Source of the DNA: Minisyncoccota bacterium
GTDB lineage: Bacteria > Patescibacteriota > Minisyncoccia > Phycocordibacterales > SBAW01
Reading direction: 5' to 3'
DNA: 64,000 nucleotides
Assembly: GCA_035546615.1 (NCBI GenBank)
Contig: DASZWM010000005.1
Coordinates: 1 to 64,000, forward strand
Part shown: positions 1 through 9,191 of the stretch, piece after piece
Position numbering within the stretch: the first letter of the stretch is position 1
How the letters are laid out: the number at the start of each line of letters is the position of its first letter
The notes under the pieces: generated by a model
Told to the model about the DNA's origin: nothing
Databases searched by the model: none
The model's input: the letters and a program-made list of their open reading frames with translations, nothing else
Position numbers and translations under genes: made by a program

Positions 1-123
1 CGGCAGGACGCTGCCCTGCTGGTGCTGCATCGCCTGATTGCAAGGCTCGTTGTGCCTCGGCGCGCGCTCGGCGCCCAGGGACGGCGGCTTATCGTTGCTG
101 CTGTTCACGAAGATCTCCTGTAA
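1..123 (+). CDS. Possible 3' end of a CDS running off the window start (frame 1, TAA at 121-123). Strand is ambiguous because a reverse-strand open frame (GTG at 108..106 preceded by GGAG) also covers 1-108.
   Basis: Open frame with GC-rich third positions on both strands. It is followed by an approx 120-nt AT-richer spacer before the next gene. No recognisable motif. Confidence 0.2.
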   Translation, partial: RQDAALLVLHRLIARLVVPRRALGAQGRRLIVAAVHEDLL

Positions 124-244
124 AGAATCGCCGCCCTCAAGGCAGCGACTATGAGTATACAATAGCATGATTTAACAATAAGGTCAATGCTTCCGAAGGA
201 AGCGCGGTAGGAAGTACTGAGCCTTTCTGATACCATGTCCGGGC

Positions 245-1093
245 ATGAAAATATTCCTGAAAAGCGCGCTCCAGGGGGCCGTGTATGTTTTTGCCGTCAT
301 CGGTTTCCTCTTTACGGCGGTGTTCTTCGCGATGCAGCTGGGACTCTTAAATGTTCGCGGCTCCATTGCCGAGCGCAACGCGTTCTTCCTCGGCTCCGCC
401 ACTTCCACCGTGCCGTCGCAGCCGTGCCGGGACGCGGATATGAACGTATGCGCCTGGAGCGAGACGCCTGAGTGGGAAGTTGTGAAGGGCGGGCTCAGCA
501 AAGACGCGCCCATCATCGCGCGCGTCTCGCAAGAGACCGGCGTTTCGGCGCGCATGATAGCGGCGGTCATCGTGCCGGAGCAGATGCGCTTCTTCACTTC
601 CAACCGCGAGGTGTTCAAGCGCTACTTCGAGCCGCTCAAGATCCTCGGGTCGCTCTCGCAGTTCTCGCTCGGCGTCTCTGGAATCAAGGAGGATACCGCC
701 AACGCGATAGAAGCATACGCTAACGACCCGACGTCTCCCTTTTATCCTGGCGCGGGCGTAAGCGCGCTTATCGCATATCCGGCGGGCACGGACCACGACG
801 CCGAGCTCTACAATAGGCTCACCGACGCGAAGGACCACTACTATTCGTTGCTCTATACCGCGCTCTATATAAAGGAAATCGAGTCGCAGTGGTCGCGCGC
901 CGGCTACGACATTTCAAATAATCCGGGAGCTGTTGTTACGCTCTTCAACATCGGCTTCGCGGGCTCGCATCCGAACGCATCTCCGCGCGCCGCAGGCGCC
1001 GCTATTGAGGCAGGAGGAAAGACATACGTATACGGACAATTGGGAGCGGAGTTCTACAACTCAAACGAGCTCCGTGAGGTGCTGCCGCAGTAA
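245..1093 (+). CDS. Hypothetical membrane-anchored protein, N-terminal TM helix then extracytoplasmic domain.
   Basis: 282-aa ORF. Hydrophobic segment AVYVFAVIGFLFTAVFFAMQLGLL near the N-terminus. Amino-acid composition is protein-like. No recognisable catalytic motif. Confidence 0.5.
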   Translation: MKIFLKSALQGAVYVFAVIGFLFTAVFFAMQLGLLNVRGSIAERNAFFLGSATSTVPSQPCRDADMNVCAWSETPEWEVVKGGLSKDAPIIARVSQETGVSARMIAAVIVPEQMRFFTSNREVFKRYFEPLKILGSLSQFSLGVSGIKEDTANAIEAYANDPTSPFYPGAGVSALIAYPAGTDHDAELYNRLTDAKDHYYSLLYTALYIKEIESQWSRAGYDISNNPGAVVTLFNIGFAGSHPNASPRAAGAAIEAGGKTYVYGQLGAEFYNSNELREVLPQ

Positions 1094-1113
1094 GCGGAAG
1101 CGGATATAAAAAA

Positions 1114-2223
1114 TTATTTAGCGAACGGATTCGCCGCGCCGCGGACCTCAAAGTGCAGGTGCGGGCCGGTCGCGAGGCCGGTCATGCCTTCCTTCGCGAT
1201 GACCTGTCCTTGCGTTACGCGGTCGCCGACCGATACGAGGACGGTAACGGCATGCGCGTAGAGCGTCTGGGTTCCGTTGGGGTGCTGGATGACGAGATAG
1301 TTGCCGTAGCCGCCGTTCCACGCGCCGTTGTTCTTGGCGATGATGACCGTGCCTTCGGCCGCGGCGAGTATGCTGGTGCCGCGGGGAGCCCCGATGTCGA
1401 CACCGTTCCATCCGTGGAGGCCCTGCGTTATGACGCCGCCCTGGATGGGCCACGCGAAGTAGCCGGCTATGGCCGGCCCGCCGCCGCCCAGGTACGGCTC
1501 GGTGGTCTTGCCGCTTGCGATGCTCTTTATAGTGGAGGACTTGGAGCCGGAAGGGGAAGCGGCGGGAGCGGAGGAAGGCTCCGCCTCGCCGTTGGGAATA
1601 ATGACCACGCTGCCTACCGCAAGCGCGGCGTCGCCTTCAAGCTCGTTGTAGCTGGCTATCTCGGCGGCGTCGCCCTTATACTTCTTAGCCAAAGAGGCAA
1701 GGGTCTCCCCCTTCACGACCGTGTGGCGCAGGCCGGTAACCGGAAGGATGACCAGCACGTCGCCCGGGTGGATAACGCGGCCCTTGATGTCGTTGGCCCA
1801 GATGATGGTGTTTATCGAAACGTCGAACATGGCGGCGATATTGGAGAGGGAATCGCCCTCGCGGACGGTGTAAACGCTTATTTGGGAAGACCCCGGCGCC
1901 TCCTGGGTATCCGCCGGGGTGCCGGCGGGGCTGTCGGACGGCACGAGGGCAACGCTATCCACTACCGTAACGTCGCCGCCGCCCGAAGAAGGGTTGGGAT
2001 CGGGGTTAACGGCAGGCTGAAGGAGGGGAATGGTCTGGGAATTGAGCGTCCCCCCGCTGGCGCTTGCTGAAGAAACGGTTTTTTCAAAAAAGGCGGTGAG
2101 GGCGGAAAGGACTCCCGCCTGGGCAAACAGGGGAGAGAACAGCATCGTTAAAGAAACCAAACCCGTAGAGAGCTTGAAAAATAACGCTTTTTTTGCCTTC
2201 TTCGCAGAATATGGCTCAACCAC
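1114..2223 (-). CDS. Secreted LysM-repeat / M23 family metallopeptidase (peptidoglycan hydrolase).
   Basis: Signal-peptide-like N-terminus. Two LysM-like segments (GDSLSNIAAMFDVSINTIIWAN; GETLASLAKKYKGDAAEIASYN). C-terminal M23 signature: GVDIGAPRGTSILAAAEGTV, YGNYLVIQHPNGTQTLYAH, GPHLHFEVR. Confidence 0.85.
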   Translation of the reverse strand: MVEPYSAKKAKKALFFKLSTGLVSLTMLFSPLFAQAGVLSALTAFFEKTVSSASASGGTLNSQTIPLLQPAVNPDPNPSSGGGDVTVVDSVALVPSDSPAGTPADTQEAPGSSQISVYTVREGDSLSNIAAMFDVSINTIIWANDIKGRVIHPGDVLVILPVTGLRHTVVKGETLASLAKKYKGDAAEIASYNELEGDAALAVGSVVIIPNGEAEPSSAPAASPSGSKSSTIKSIASGKTTEPYLGGGGPAIAGYFAWPIQGGVITQGLHGWNGVDIGAPRGTSILAAAEGTVIIAKNNGAWNGGYGNYLVIQHPNGTQTLYAHAVTVLVSVGDRVTQGQVIAKEGMTGLATGPHLHFEVRGAANPFAK

Positions 2224-2439
2224 CGAAGAAGGGACTATTGTATGGGACTCTATAAGCCTAAATTAACCGTGAATTGGCCTGTTTCAGTCAATAAATGGCT
2301 TAACTGAGCCATTTATTCCTCCATTCACCCTGCACCTACCAACTATACCGAAGGAGGCGGATAGGTCAATGTAGCTAGATTTCCGCTGTGGATAACCGAA
2401 ATCCGCTAAAACCGGCGAAATGCTCGGTACAATGAGGCC

Positions 2440-3294
2440 ATGAGCGCCGAAGGAATGCCGAAAATAACCAGGGATGCGGCGCCTGCGGCAGGGGCGGCGA
2501 ACGAAAACGAGAAAAATAGAGAACTTGAAATGGGAATCGCTCAGAAGACCCAGGAGAACATAGACCTGTATCTGCAGGCGAACGCAGCCGAGAAGGCGAA
2601 CAACGATCTGCTGGCGGCAAAAGCCTTGCTTGAGAAGGAAGATGCTCATTGGAAGTCCCAAGAGGCCGATCCCGCGGAAACCCCGGCCGTTACTCCGGCG
2701 GCGGACAGCGCGCCCGAAGCGGAAAGCTGGTCGCGCCAAGCGGCTGAGCTGACGGGCATAGCGCGGGAACAGGGGAAGGACCGCGCGAGTCTGAAAGGCG
2801 GCTGGCTGCCGACCCTGACTCCAGACAACGTAGGCTCGCTCTCAAACGGAGAGAGCCGGTTCATGCCTGAAGCAGCGCCGGGAGTTCCCGCGCCTGCCGC
2901 TCCGGAAGTAGTAGCCGTTCCTTCAACGCGAGAAGCTTCCGCTCCCGAGATCGGGCCTGTCACGCCTCCCGCCCCTGAAGCGAATGACGGTATGGAGCAT
3001 GTGCGCAAGCTTTTGAATACTCTCAGCGGCCAAGACCTCAAGCGATTCCGCGCCATGGTAGAGGACGTGCATGCCGGCAACCCGCTCCCCAAGAACGGCT
3101 ACGGGTTCCTCTCCCCGCAAACCGAGCGGGACATGATCGAGGAACTCAGAAGCATGCCGGAAAAAGATTTTACAAAGATACGGGAAACAATTCTTCCGCA
3201 GGAAGAAACGCGGCGCATGCAAGTGGAAAGAACGCAAGAAAAGAAAGGATTTTGGAGGCGGATTTTTGGCGGGAGCCGCCCGCATGGAGTATAG
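2440..3294 (+). CDS. Hypothetical Pro/Ala/Glu-rich protein, no TM segment.
   Basis: 284-aa ORF with low-complexity P/A-rich centre (PAPAAPEVVAVPS, PVTPPAPEA). Protein-like N- and C-terminal regions. Lies in a divergent spacer after the M23 gene. Confidence 0.4.
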   Translation: MSAEGMPKITRDAAPAAGAANENEKNRELEMGIAQKTQENIDLYLQANAAEKANNDLLAAKALLEKEDAHWKSQEADPAETPAVTPAADSAPEAESWSRQAAELTGIAREQGKDRASLKGGWLPTLTPDNVGSLSNGESRFMPEAAPGVPAPAAPEVVAVPSTREASAPEIGPVTPPAPEANDGMEHVRKLLNTLSGQDLKRFRAMVEDVHAGNPLPKNGYGFLSPQTERDMIEELRSMPEKDFTKIRETILPQEETRRMQVERTQEKKGFWRRIFGGSRPHGV

Positions 3295-3301
3295 TGCTTG
3301 A

Positions 3302-5239
3302 GTGAATCCTCTCGACGGGCTCAATGAGGCTCAAAAAGAAGCGGTGCTGACGACCGAAGGCCCCTTGCTCGTGCTCGCGGGCGCCGGCGCGGGCAAAACG
3401 CGCGTCATTACGCAGCGGATACTCGAGATAATCCGCAAAGGAGTCGCGCCGGAAAAGATACTCGCGATAACCTTCACCAACAAGGCGGCGAGCGAGATGC
3501 GCGAGCGCACGCTCAAGCTCCTGCGCGAGGACAAAGAGCTCAACCGGCCCGCAACACCGGTCCAGGGCAGGCGCTTTGCGGTGCCGTTCATCTCGACCTT
3601 TCATTCGCTCGGGCTCACCATCATAAAAGAGAACTCGAAATTGCTTGGCTACAAGCGAACGCCGGCCATTTACGACCGCGCCGACTCTTTGCGCGCCGCA
3701 AAGGAGGCGCTGAAATCGCTCGGCATGGAAGACATGGAACCCCGCGCGGCGCTTTCGGCCATCTCGCGCCAGAAAGGCGAGGGAATACTGGCGGGAGAAT
3801 ACGCCGAAAGCGCCGACACGCAGCGCGAGCGCACGGTCGCCGCCGTGTGGCTGGCATACGAGCGGCTGCTTCAGAAGGACGGAGCGGTAGACTTCGATGA
3901 CCTTCTGCTCCAGGCGGTGCGGTTTTTGAAGAACAACCCCGAGAGACGCGCCGCGTACCAGGCGCGCTGGCCCTACATACATATAGACGAGTATCAGGAC
4001 ACCAACCGCATCCAGGCGGCTATGGCGGAATTGCTGGTGGGGGAGGCGAAGAACATCTGTGCCGTAGGCGACATCGACCAGACCATCTACGGCTGGCGGG
4101 GGGCGCAGATCGCCAATATCTTTTCGTTTGAGAAAACATTTCCGGGCGGAAAGGTCGTGGTGCTTGAGGAGAATTACCGCTCGACTAAAAATATCCTCGC
4201 GGCCGCCAACGAGGTGATTTCAAAGAATGTCTACCGGCGCGAGAAGAACCTCTTCACGAAAAATCGCGACGGCGAGACTATTTCCCTCTACCAGGCGTTC
4301 GACGAGACGGACGAAGGCCAATTCATCGCGCGCGTGGTGAAAGAATTACTGCGCGAGGGAAAATCGCCGAAGGATTTCTGCGTGCTGTACCGCGCGAACT
4401 TCCAGTCCCGCGCGATAGAGGAGGCTCTGCTCGGAGCCGAGATCCCGTACCAAGTGCTCGGCACAAAGTTCTTCGAGCGGAAGGAAGTGAAGGACGCGCT
4501 TTCGCTGGTGCGAGCCGCCGTATACGGAACCTCCGCGGACATCGCGCGCATCGCCAACGTCCCGCCGCGCGGCATCGGGAAAGTGACCCTGCTCAAGATG
4601 CTGGGCGGGTTCGAGAGCGAACTCGGTGGCGCGGTGGGGGAGAAGGTCCGCTCATTCCGTATGCTGCTGACGCGAGTGAAAGAGGCGGCGGACAAGCTGC
4701 CGCCGTCAAAGCTCCTGCAATACGTTATGCAGGAAAGCGGCATGGAGCGCATGTATAAGGAAGACAAAATGGAAGGCGCGGAGCGGCTGGAGAACGTGCG
4801 CGAGCTCGTGTCGCTCGCGAGCCGCTACGACGAGGCGGCCGAAACTCCTATTGAATGCCTGGAAAAATTCCTCGAGTCCGTAGCGCTGGCCGGCGAACAG
4901 GACGAGCTTAAGGAGGAAGCTAACGCGGTCCGACTCATGACGGTGCATGCAGCGAAGGGTCTTGAATTCCCCCACGTATTCATCACGGGCCTGGAAGAAG
5001 GGCTCTTCCCCTACGAAAGGGAGGAGAACGACGCGGCGGACAAGGAAGAAGAGCGCCGGCTTATGTACGTCGCGCTCACGCGCGCCGAAGACAAAGTGTA
5101 CTTGAGCTATGCGGCATACCGCACGGTCTTCGGCTCCAAAAATGCCACCATTCCATCGCAATTCCTGACCGATATCCCCGAGGAACTTATCAGCCTCGAG
5201 GCGCCCGAGCGCCTGGGCCGCACTATATATCTCGAATAA
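3302..5239 (+). CDS. pcrA: UvrD/PcrA-type ATP-dependent DNA helicase.
   Basis: Walker A AGAGAGKT near the N-terminus. Helicase motifs DEYQDTN, TFHSLG, ENYRST and VHAAKGLEFPHVFI. 645 aa. Confidence 0.9.
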   Translation: MNPLDGLNEAQKEAVLTTEGPLLVLAGAGAGKTRVITQRILEIIRKGVAPEKILAITFTNKAASEMRERTLKLLREDKELNRPATPVQGRRFAVPFISTFHSLGLTIIKENSKLLGYKRTPAIYDRADSLRAAKEALKSLGMEDMEPRAALSAISRQKGEGILAGEYAESADTQRERTVAAVWLAYERLLQKDGAVDFDDLLLQAVRFLKNNPERRAAYQARWPYIHIDEYQDTNRIQAAMAELLVGEAKNICAVGDIDQTIYGWRGAQIANIFSFEKTFPGGKVVVLEENYRSTKNILAAANEVISKNVYRREKNLFTKNRDGETISLYQAFDETDEGQFIARVVKELLREGKSPKDFCVLYRANFQSRAIEEALLGAEIPYQVLGTKFFERKEVKDALSLVRAAVYGTSADIARIANVPPRGIGKVTLLKMLGGFESELGGAVGEKVRSFRMLLTRVKEAADKLPPSKLLQYVMQESGMERMYKEDKMEGAERLENVRELVSLASRYDEAAETPIECLEKFLESVALAGEQDELKEEANAVRLMTVHAAKGLEFPHVFITGLEEGLFPYEREENDAADKEEERRLMYVALTRAEDKVYLSYAAYRTVFGSKNATIPSQFLTDIPEELISLEAPERLGRTIYLE

Positions 5240-5240
5240 T

Positions 5241-6029
5241 ATGCTTAAGAAAAAGTCCCTGGGGCAGCACTTTTTAACCTCGCAGCACTATGTGGGGATG
5301 ATAGCGGATGCGGCAAACATAGCGCCAAATGAGACCGTGCTTGAAATAGGCCCCGGCGAAGGCGCGCTCACGCGCGAGCTTTTGGCGCGCGGGGCAAACG
5401 TTGTCGCCATAGAAAAAGACCGCCGGCTCATACCCGTGCTTCAGGAAACATTTGCAAAAGAAATAGCGGAAGAGAGACTCCTCCTCATCGAGGCAGATGT
5501 GCTTGAGTTTGATCCTGCGAATGTGCCCGGAGCGGGGCCGTACAAGCTCGTCGCGAACATTCCGTACTACATCACCGGCGCAATACTCGAAAAGTTCCTT
5601 TCTGCAAAACGCCAGCCGCAAAGCGCGACGCTCTTGGTGCAGAAGGAGGTTGCCGAGCGCATCGCGCGCGAGAAGAAAGAGTCCATACTTTCGCTGTCGG
5701 TCAAAGCCTACGGCGCTCCGAAGTATATAAAGACTGTTCCCGCAGGAGCATTTTCGCCGCCACCCTCGGTAGACTCGGCTATTCTTGCCGTCGAGGAGAT
5801 ATCGCGCAAGAACTTTTCTGACGAAGCGCACGAAAAAAGGTTTTTCGAGCTTGTGCATGCCGGATTCGCGCACAAGCGCAAGCTTCTTGCGAGCAATCTT
5901 GAAAGCACTCTTGGCGCGGGAGGGCAGACTGTGCTTGAACGCGTCGGCATACCGGAAAAAGCGCGAGCGGAAGATATTGAGCTTACACGCTGGGTGCGTC
6001 TGTCATGCCTGGGGGAGCAGGAGGGCTGA
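5241..6029 (+). CDS. rsmA: 16S rRNA (adenine1518/1519-N6)-dimethyltransferase.
   Basis: N-terminus KKSLGQHFL and SAM motif VLEIGPGEGALT are diagnostic of KsgA/RsmA. Starts 2 nt after the helicase stop. Confidence 0.9.
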   Translation: MLKKKSLGQHFLTSQHYVGMIADAANIAPNETVLEIGPGEGALTRELLARGANVVAIEKDRRLIPVLQETFAKEIAEERLLLIEADVLEFDPANVPGAGPYKLVANIPYYITGAILEKFLSAKRQPQSATLLVQKEVAERIAREKKESILSLSVKAYGAPKYIKTVPAGAFSPPPSVDSAILAVEEISRKNFSDEAHEKRFFELVHAGFAHKRKLLASNLESTLGAGGQTVLERVGIPEKARAEDIELTRWVRLSCLGEQEG

Positions 6030-6408
6030 ATCCCACGAACGTCATCCTCGTTGCGGGCACGAAGCTGAAAATGCTGAACCACAATACTGTTCGCACAAGG
6101 CTCTGGCATACGACCGGAGCGTCCGCAAAACCGAGCGCCTGCCCGCCAGGGAGGGGGATCGGCATAAGGGGCGACTGCACCAGCGTAAAAGGCGGGGTGT
6201 ACAAATAATCCTGGGGTTTTCCGAACGTCTCCGTGCGGCTGCTGATGAGCGACACCAGGAGGGAGCCGGGCGGGAAGGTGCACGGCTCTATCTTCGTTAT
6301 CCTTCCGCCGAAGGAGCCCGGCAGGCCGGGGAGCGCAAAGGCGGTCGCGGGCGAAAACAATATCGAAATAGCGAACAAAACGGCGGGAATAGCGAATAGT
6401 CTCTTCAT
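5983..6408 (-). CDS. Small secreted hypothetical protein (141 aa) with a cleavable-looking signal peptide.
   Basis: ATG at 6408..6406 gives MKRLFAIPAVLFAISILFSPATAFA followed by non-repetitive, non-Arg-rich sequence (…ITKIEPCTFPPGSLLVSL…CQSLVRTVLWFSIF…). The longer 457-aa frame upstream of it is Arg-rich antisense of the 6454-7344 gene. An AT-rich stretch lies immediately 5' (6409-6440). The 3' end overlaps rsmA by 47 nt on the opposite strand. Confidence 0.45.
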   Translation of the reverse strand: MKRLFAIPAVLFAISILFSPATAFALPGLPGSFGGRITKIEPCTFPPGSLLVSLISSRTETFGKPQDYLYTPPFTLVQSPLMPIPLPGGQALGFADAPVVCQSLVRTVLWFSIFSFVPATRMTFVGFSPPAPPGMTDAPSV

Positions 6409-6453
6409 ATATACAGTATAGCCCGAAAAATCCCTGCTATACTTTAAGGTACG

Positions 6454-7344
6454 ATGAACGCGCTTCGGTATCTCCCAAGTACGCAGTTTTTGGTCATTGT
6501 CGGCTCGATTCTTCTCTCCGGCGGACTGGTGCTCGCGGCAGAGCGATTTACGCGCGATCAATATATTCCGGGGAAAATAATGAGCGGTGTGCCCGCCCAG
6601 CCGCCGGCAGACCCGAACTGGCAGAATACGCTCAACTCCATACAGGGCGTGAGCCAGGCGCCGGACCTGACGCCGCCTAATCCGGAAACGGTCGGAAGCC
6701 TGCTGGATGCGGCTAAAAGCTCCAACCTTACGACCACGGTCGGCCGCTCGCTCCTTATAAACATATCCGCCGCCAAGTCGCAGGGGCTCGGAAGCGATAT
6801 TCCGACCCAGGACCAGGTCGTAGCGCAGGCGCGGGCGCAGATAGAAAGCACCCAGAGCGCGCCGCAGTATAAAAACGCCGACCTCGCCCTTTCTGCGCAG
6901 AATGCCGCAGCGCTTAAAGCCTATGGGAACGGCGTTATTGCCGTGCTGGCCGCGCACCCGAAAGCGAATTACGAGGATACGGTGGTGGCGGTAGGGAAGG
7001 CGACCGACTCCAACACGGCATCCGCATTGGCGGCCCTTCCGGGCATACAGGCCGAATACAAGGCCGTCGTACGCGAGCTTCTTGCACTGCCGGTGCCGCC
7101 CAATATGGCGCCGCTTCACCTGAAGGTGGTGAACGACTTCAGCATCCTCGCCGCCTCCTATGACGACATGGCCCAGACGCTGAGCGATCCGCTCCGGGGA
7201 GTGGCGGGGCTCAGCATCTACGACTCGACTACGGATGAAATCGGGCGAGTGTTCATAAATATCGCGCAGACATTCAGCCAAAACGGTATACTTTTCACTG
7301 AAGACGAGCCCGGAAGCTCCTGGAGCGCGCTCGTGCAGTCCTGA
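6454..7344 (+). CDS. Hypothetical membrane-anchored protein (N-terminal TM, extracytoplasmic Ala/Ser-rich domain).
   Basis: 296-aa ORF. TM segment FLVIVGSILLSGGLVLAA. Protein-like composition. Immediately precedes the T4SS-like cluster. Confidence 0.5.
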   Translation: MNALRYLPSTQFLVIVGSILLSGGLVLAAERFTRDQYIPGKIMSGVPAQPPADPNWQNTLNSIQGVSQAPDLTPPNPETVGSLLDAAKSSNLTTTVGRSLLINISAAKSQGLGSDIPTQDQVVAQARAQIESTQSAPQYKNADLALSAQNAAALKAYGNGVIAVLAAHPKANYEDTVVAVGKATDSNTASALAALPGIQAEYKAVVRELLALPVPPNMAPLHLKVVNDFSILAASYDDMAQTLSDPLRGVAGLSIYDSTTDEIGRVFINIAQTFSQNGILFTEDEPGSSWSALVQS

Positions 7345-7349
7345 TCGGC

Positions 7350-9191
7350 ATGACAAAAAGAATCCTGTACATAATTATCGGCTCGGCGCTCATACTCGTG
7401 CTGATTTTGGGCCTGTGGTTCTGGTTCTTTACGCGCGGCGGCTCGCAAGCGGCCAACCCTTCGGGGCTTTTCGGCACGAGCGGGGACGCGACGAACGCCG
7501 GCGCGGGAGCGGGAGATGACCAGGGCAACGGGCAGGCGCCCATCGGCCAGAACGCCTCGCAGGATACGGGGGGAGATATTTCATACATACCCCCGGCTTC
7601 AAACAGCAGCGCCGTATGGCTTGACGGCTCCGGCGCGGGCGGAGGCGGCGGAGGTGGAGGCGGCGGAGGCGGGGGAGGAACAGGCGGAGGAGGGGGCTCC
7701 GGCGGAGGCGGCGGGACGGGCGTGTTCTTTACCCCGACGCCTATCAACTCTTTCAACAGCTTCAACCCGGGCGGCACCGTATATATCGCGGCTCCGCAGG
7801 GCGGGGCGGGCGGCGGCTCCAGCCTTGTTAGCGGGCTTTTGGGCGTGGCCGGCGGCTGCGCGGCGAATTTTTTGCTCAGCAAGGCGGCCGGAGCGGGGGC
7901 CGGGCTTGCGGACCGCGCGCTTGGAATACTAAAAGTACAGGTAACCGACAGCTCAACGCATGACAATCAGGCGGCACAGGCGATAATCGACTGCATCGTG
8001 CGCGGTCTGGCCCGCGCCGCGATACAGCAGATAACCAACGACACCATCAACTGGATAAATTCCGGCTTCGACGGCAAACCGGCGTTCGTGCAGGATTTCA
8101 ACAAGTTCTTCAGCAACGTGGCCGACACCGCCGCAGGCAGCGTCATCCAGGGCGGCGACCTCGCGTTCCTCTGCAGCCCGTTCCAGCTCAAGGTGCGCAT
8201 CGCCATCGCGCAAAGTTACGCGCGCAAGTCCTCAGGGCCGTCATGCACTCTTACGCAAGTAGTGGGCAACGTGGAGAATTTCGTCAACGGCAATTTCGCC
8301 GAGGGCGGTTGGCCCGGGTTCCTGGAGTTCACGACCGAGCCGACCAATAACCCGTTCGGCGCATATATGTACGGCCAGCTCCTGGTCAACGGACGCATCG
8401 CCCAGGATACACGCGACGCCGAGCGCAAGATATCGCCCGGCGGCTTCCTGGCTCAGCAGAAGTGCGACCTAGACGCCAATGGCACCAATATTCAAGAGAC
8501 CTGCAAAGTGGTGACGCCCGGTTCGGTCATAGAGGACGAGCTCAGCCAGGCGACCAAGGCGAACTTGGACGGCCTACAGCTCGCCGACAGCATCGACGAC
8601 ATACTCAACGCTCTCATAAACGCAGTCGTCAACAAAGTGCTCTACCAGGGGCTTGCCAATATCGGCGGCAACGGCAGCGGCGCACTTGAAGGCTCGCAGG
8701 ACACGGTGGCGACCCAGCAGGCAAACGCGCTTCTTACCGAGGTGCAGAACCGCGTTACCGATACGCAAACCTATGCCAGCACCGAGCAGGGAAGCGTTGC
8801 CGACGTGCAGGCGGCGCAGGAGAACCTCAATACCCTTCAAAACTGCTGGCTTGGAAGCAACTCAACCAAGGCAAAAGGCAAGGCGGGCGACGCGGATAGC
8901 AAGATAGCGGACCTTGAGGCTCAGGTAACGCTGCACAATAACCGGATAACGTCGGCAAACAGCGTCATCGTGTCGCTGCAGGACATCCAGACGAAGCTGC
9001 TTAATTCCTCGACCATGTCCGACGTGCAGGCGGTTACGGCCGAGTACAATGCGCTCAAAGCGGGCGGCACCCTTATCACCTCGGCGCAGGTAACTTCGGC
9101 CCAGCAGGATCGCACGACGCTCCAGGCGCAGCTCAGCGGCGTCAATACCAATACCCAGAATGAACTTCAGCAATGTTATGCGGCAAGCTAG
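7350..9191 (+). CDS. Membrane-anchored Gly-rich envelope protein, first gene of the T4SS-like cluster. Has an N-terminal TM, a poly-Gly tract of about 30 residues, and a C-terminal coiled-coil-like Q/T/A-rich region.
   Basis: TM segment ILYIIIGSALILVLILGLWFWFF. The G tract GGGGGGGGGGGGGGTGGGGGSGGGGGTG is encoded by a GGN nucleotide repeat at approx 7630-7727. The C-terminal region has heptad-like periodicity. Its stop overlaps the next gene. Confidence 0.6.
   Translation: MTKRILYIIIGSALILVLILGLWFWFFTRGGSQAANPSGLFGTSGDATNAGAGAGDDQGNGQAPIGQNASQDTGGDISYIPPASNSSAVWLDGSGAGGGGGGGGGGGGGGTGGGGGSGGGGGTGVFFTPTPINSFNSFNPGGTVYIAAPQGGAGGGSSLVSGLLGVAGGCAANFLLSKAAGAGAGLADRALGILKVQVTDSSTHDNQAAQAIIDCIVRGLARAAIQQITNDTINWINSGFDGKPAFVQDFNKFFSNVADTAAGSVIQGGDLAFLCSPFQLKVRIAIAQSYARKSSGPSCTLTQVVGNVENFVNGNFAEGGWPGFLEFTTEPTNNPFGAYMYGQLLVNGRIAQDTRDAERKISPGGFLAQQKCDLDANGTNIQETCKVVTPGSVIEDELSQATKANLDGLQLADSIDDILNALINAVVNKVLYQGLANIGGNGSGALEGSQDTVATQQANALLTEVQNRVTDTQTYASTEQGSVADVQAAQENLNTLQNCWLGSNSTKAKGKAGDADSKIADLEAQVTLHNNRITSANSVIVSLQDIQTKLLNSSTMSDVQAVTAEYNALKAGGTLITSAQVTSAQQDRTTLQAQLSGVNTNTQNELQQCYAAS

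Noticed and set aside
1153-2070. 305-aa plus-strand ORF.
   Set aside because: It lies antisense to the well-supported LysM/M23 peptidase gene. Arg/Gly/Ala-rich composition. No motifs.
5983-7356. 457-aa minus-strand ORF spanning the rsmA to next-gene region.
   Set aside because: The N-terminal ~315 aa are Arg/His/Gly-rich, which is typical of antisense translation of a high-GC gene (antisense of 6454-7344). Only the C-terminal 141 codons (5983-6408) look like a real gene.
7295-7966. 223-aa minus-strand ORF with a long poly-proline run.
   Set aside because: It is the antisense of the GGN repeat in the 7350-9191 gene (CCN on the opposite strand). Artifact.
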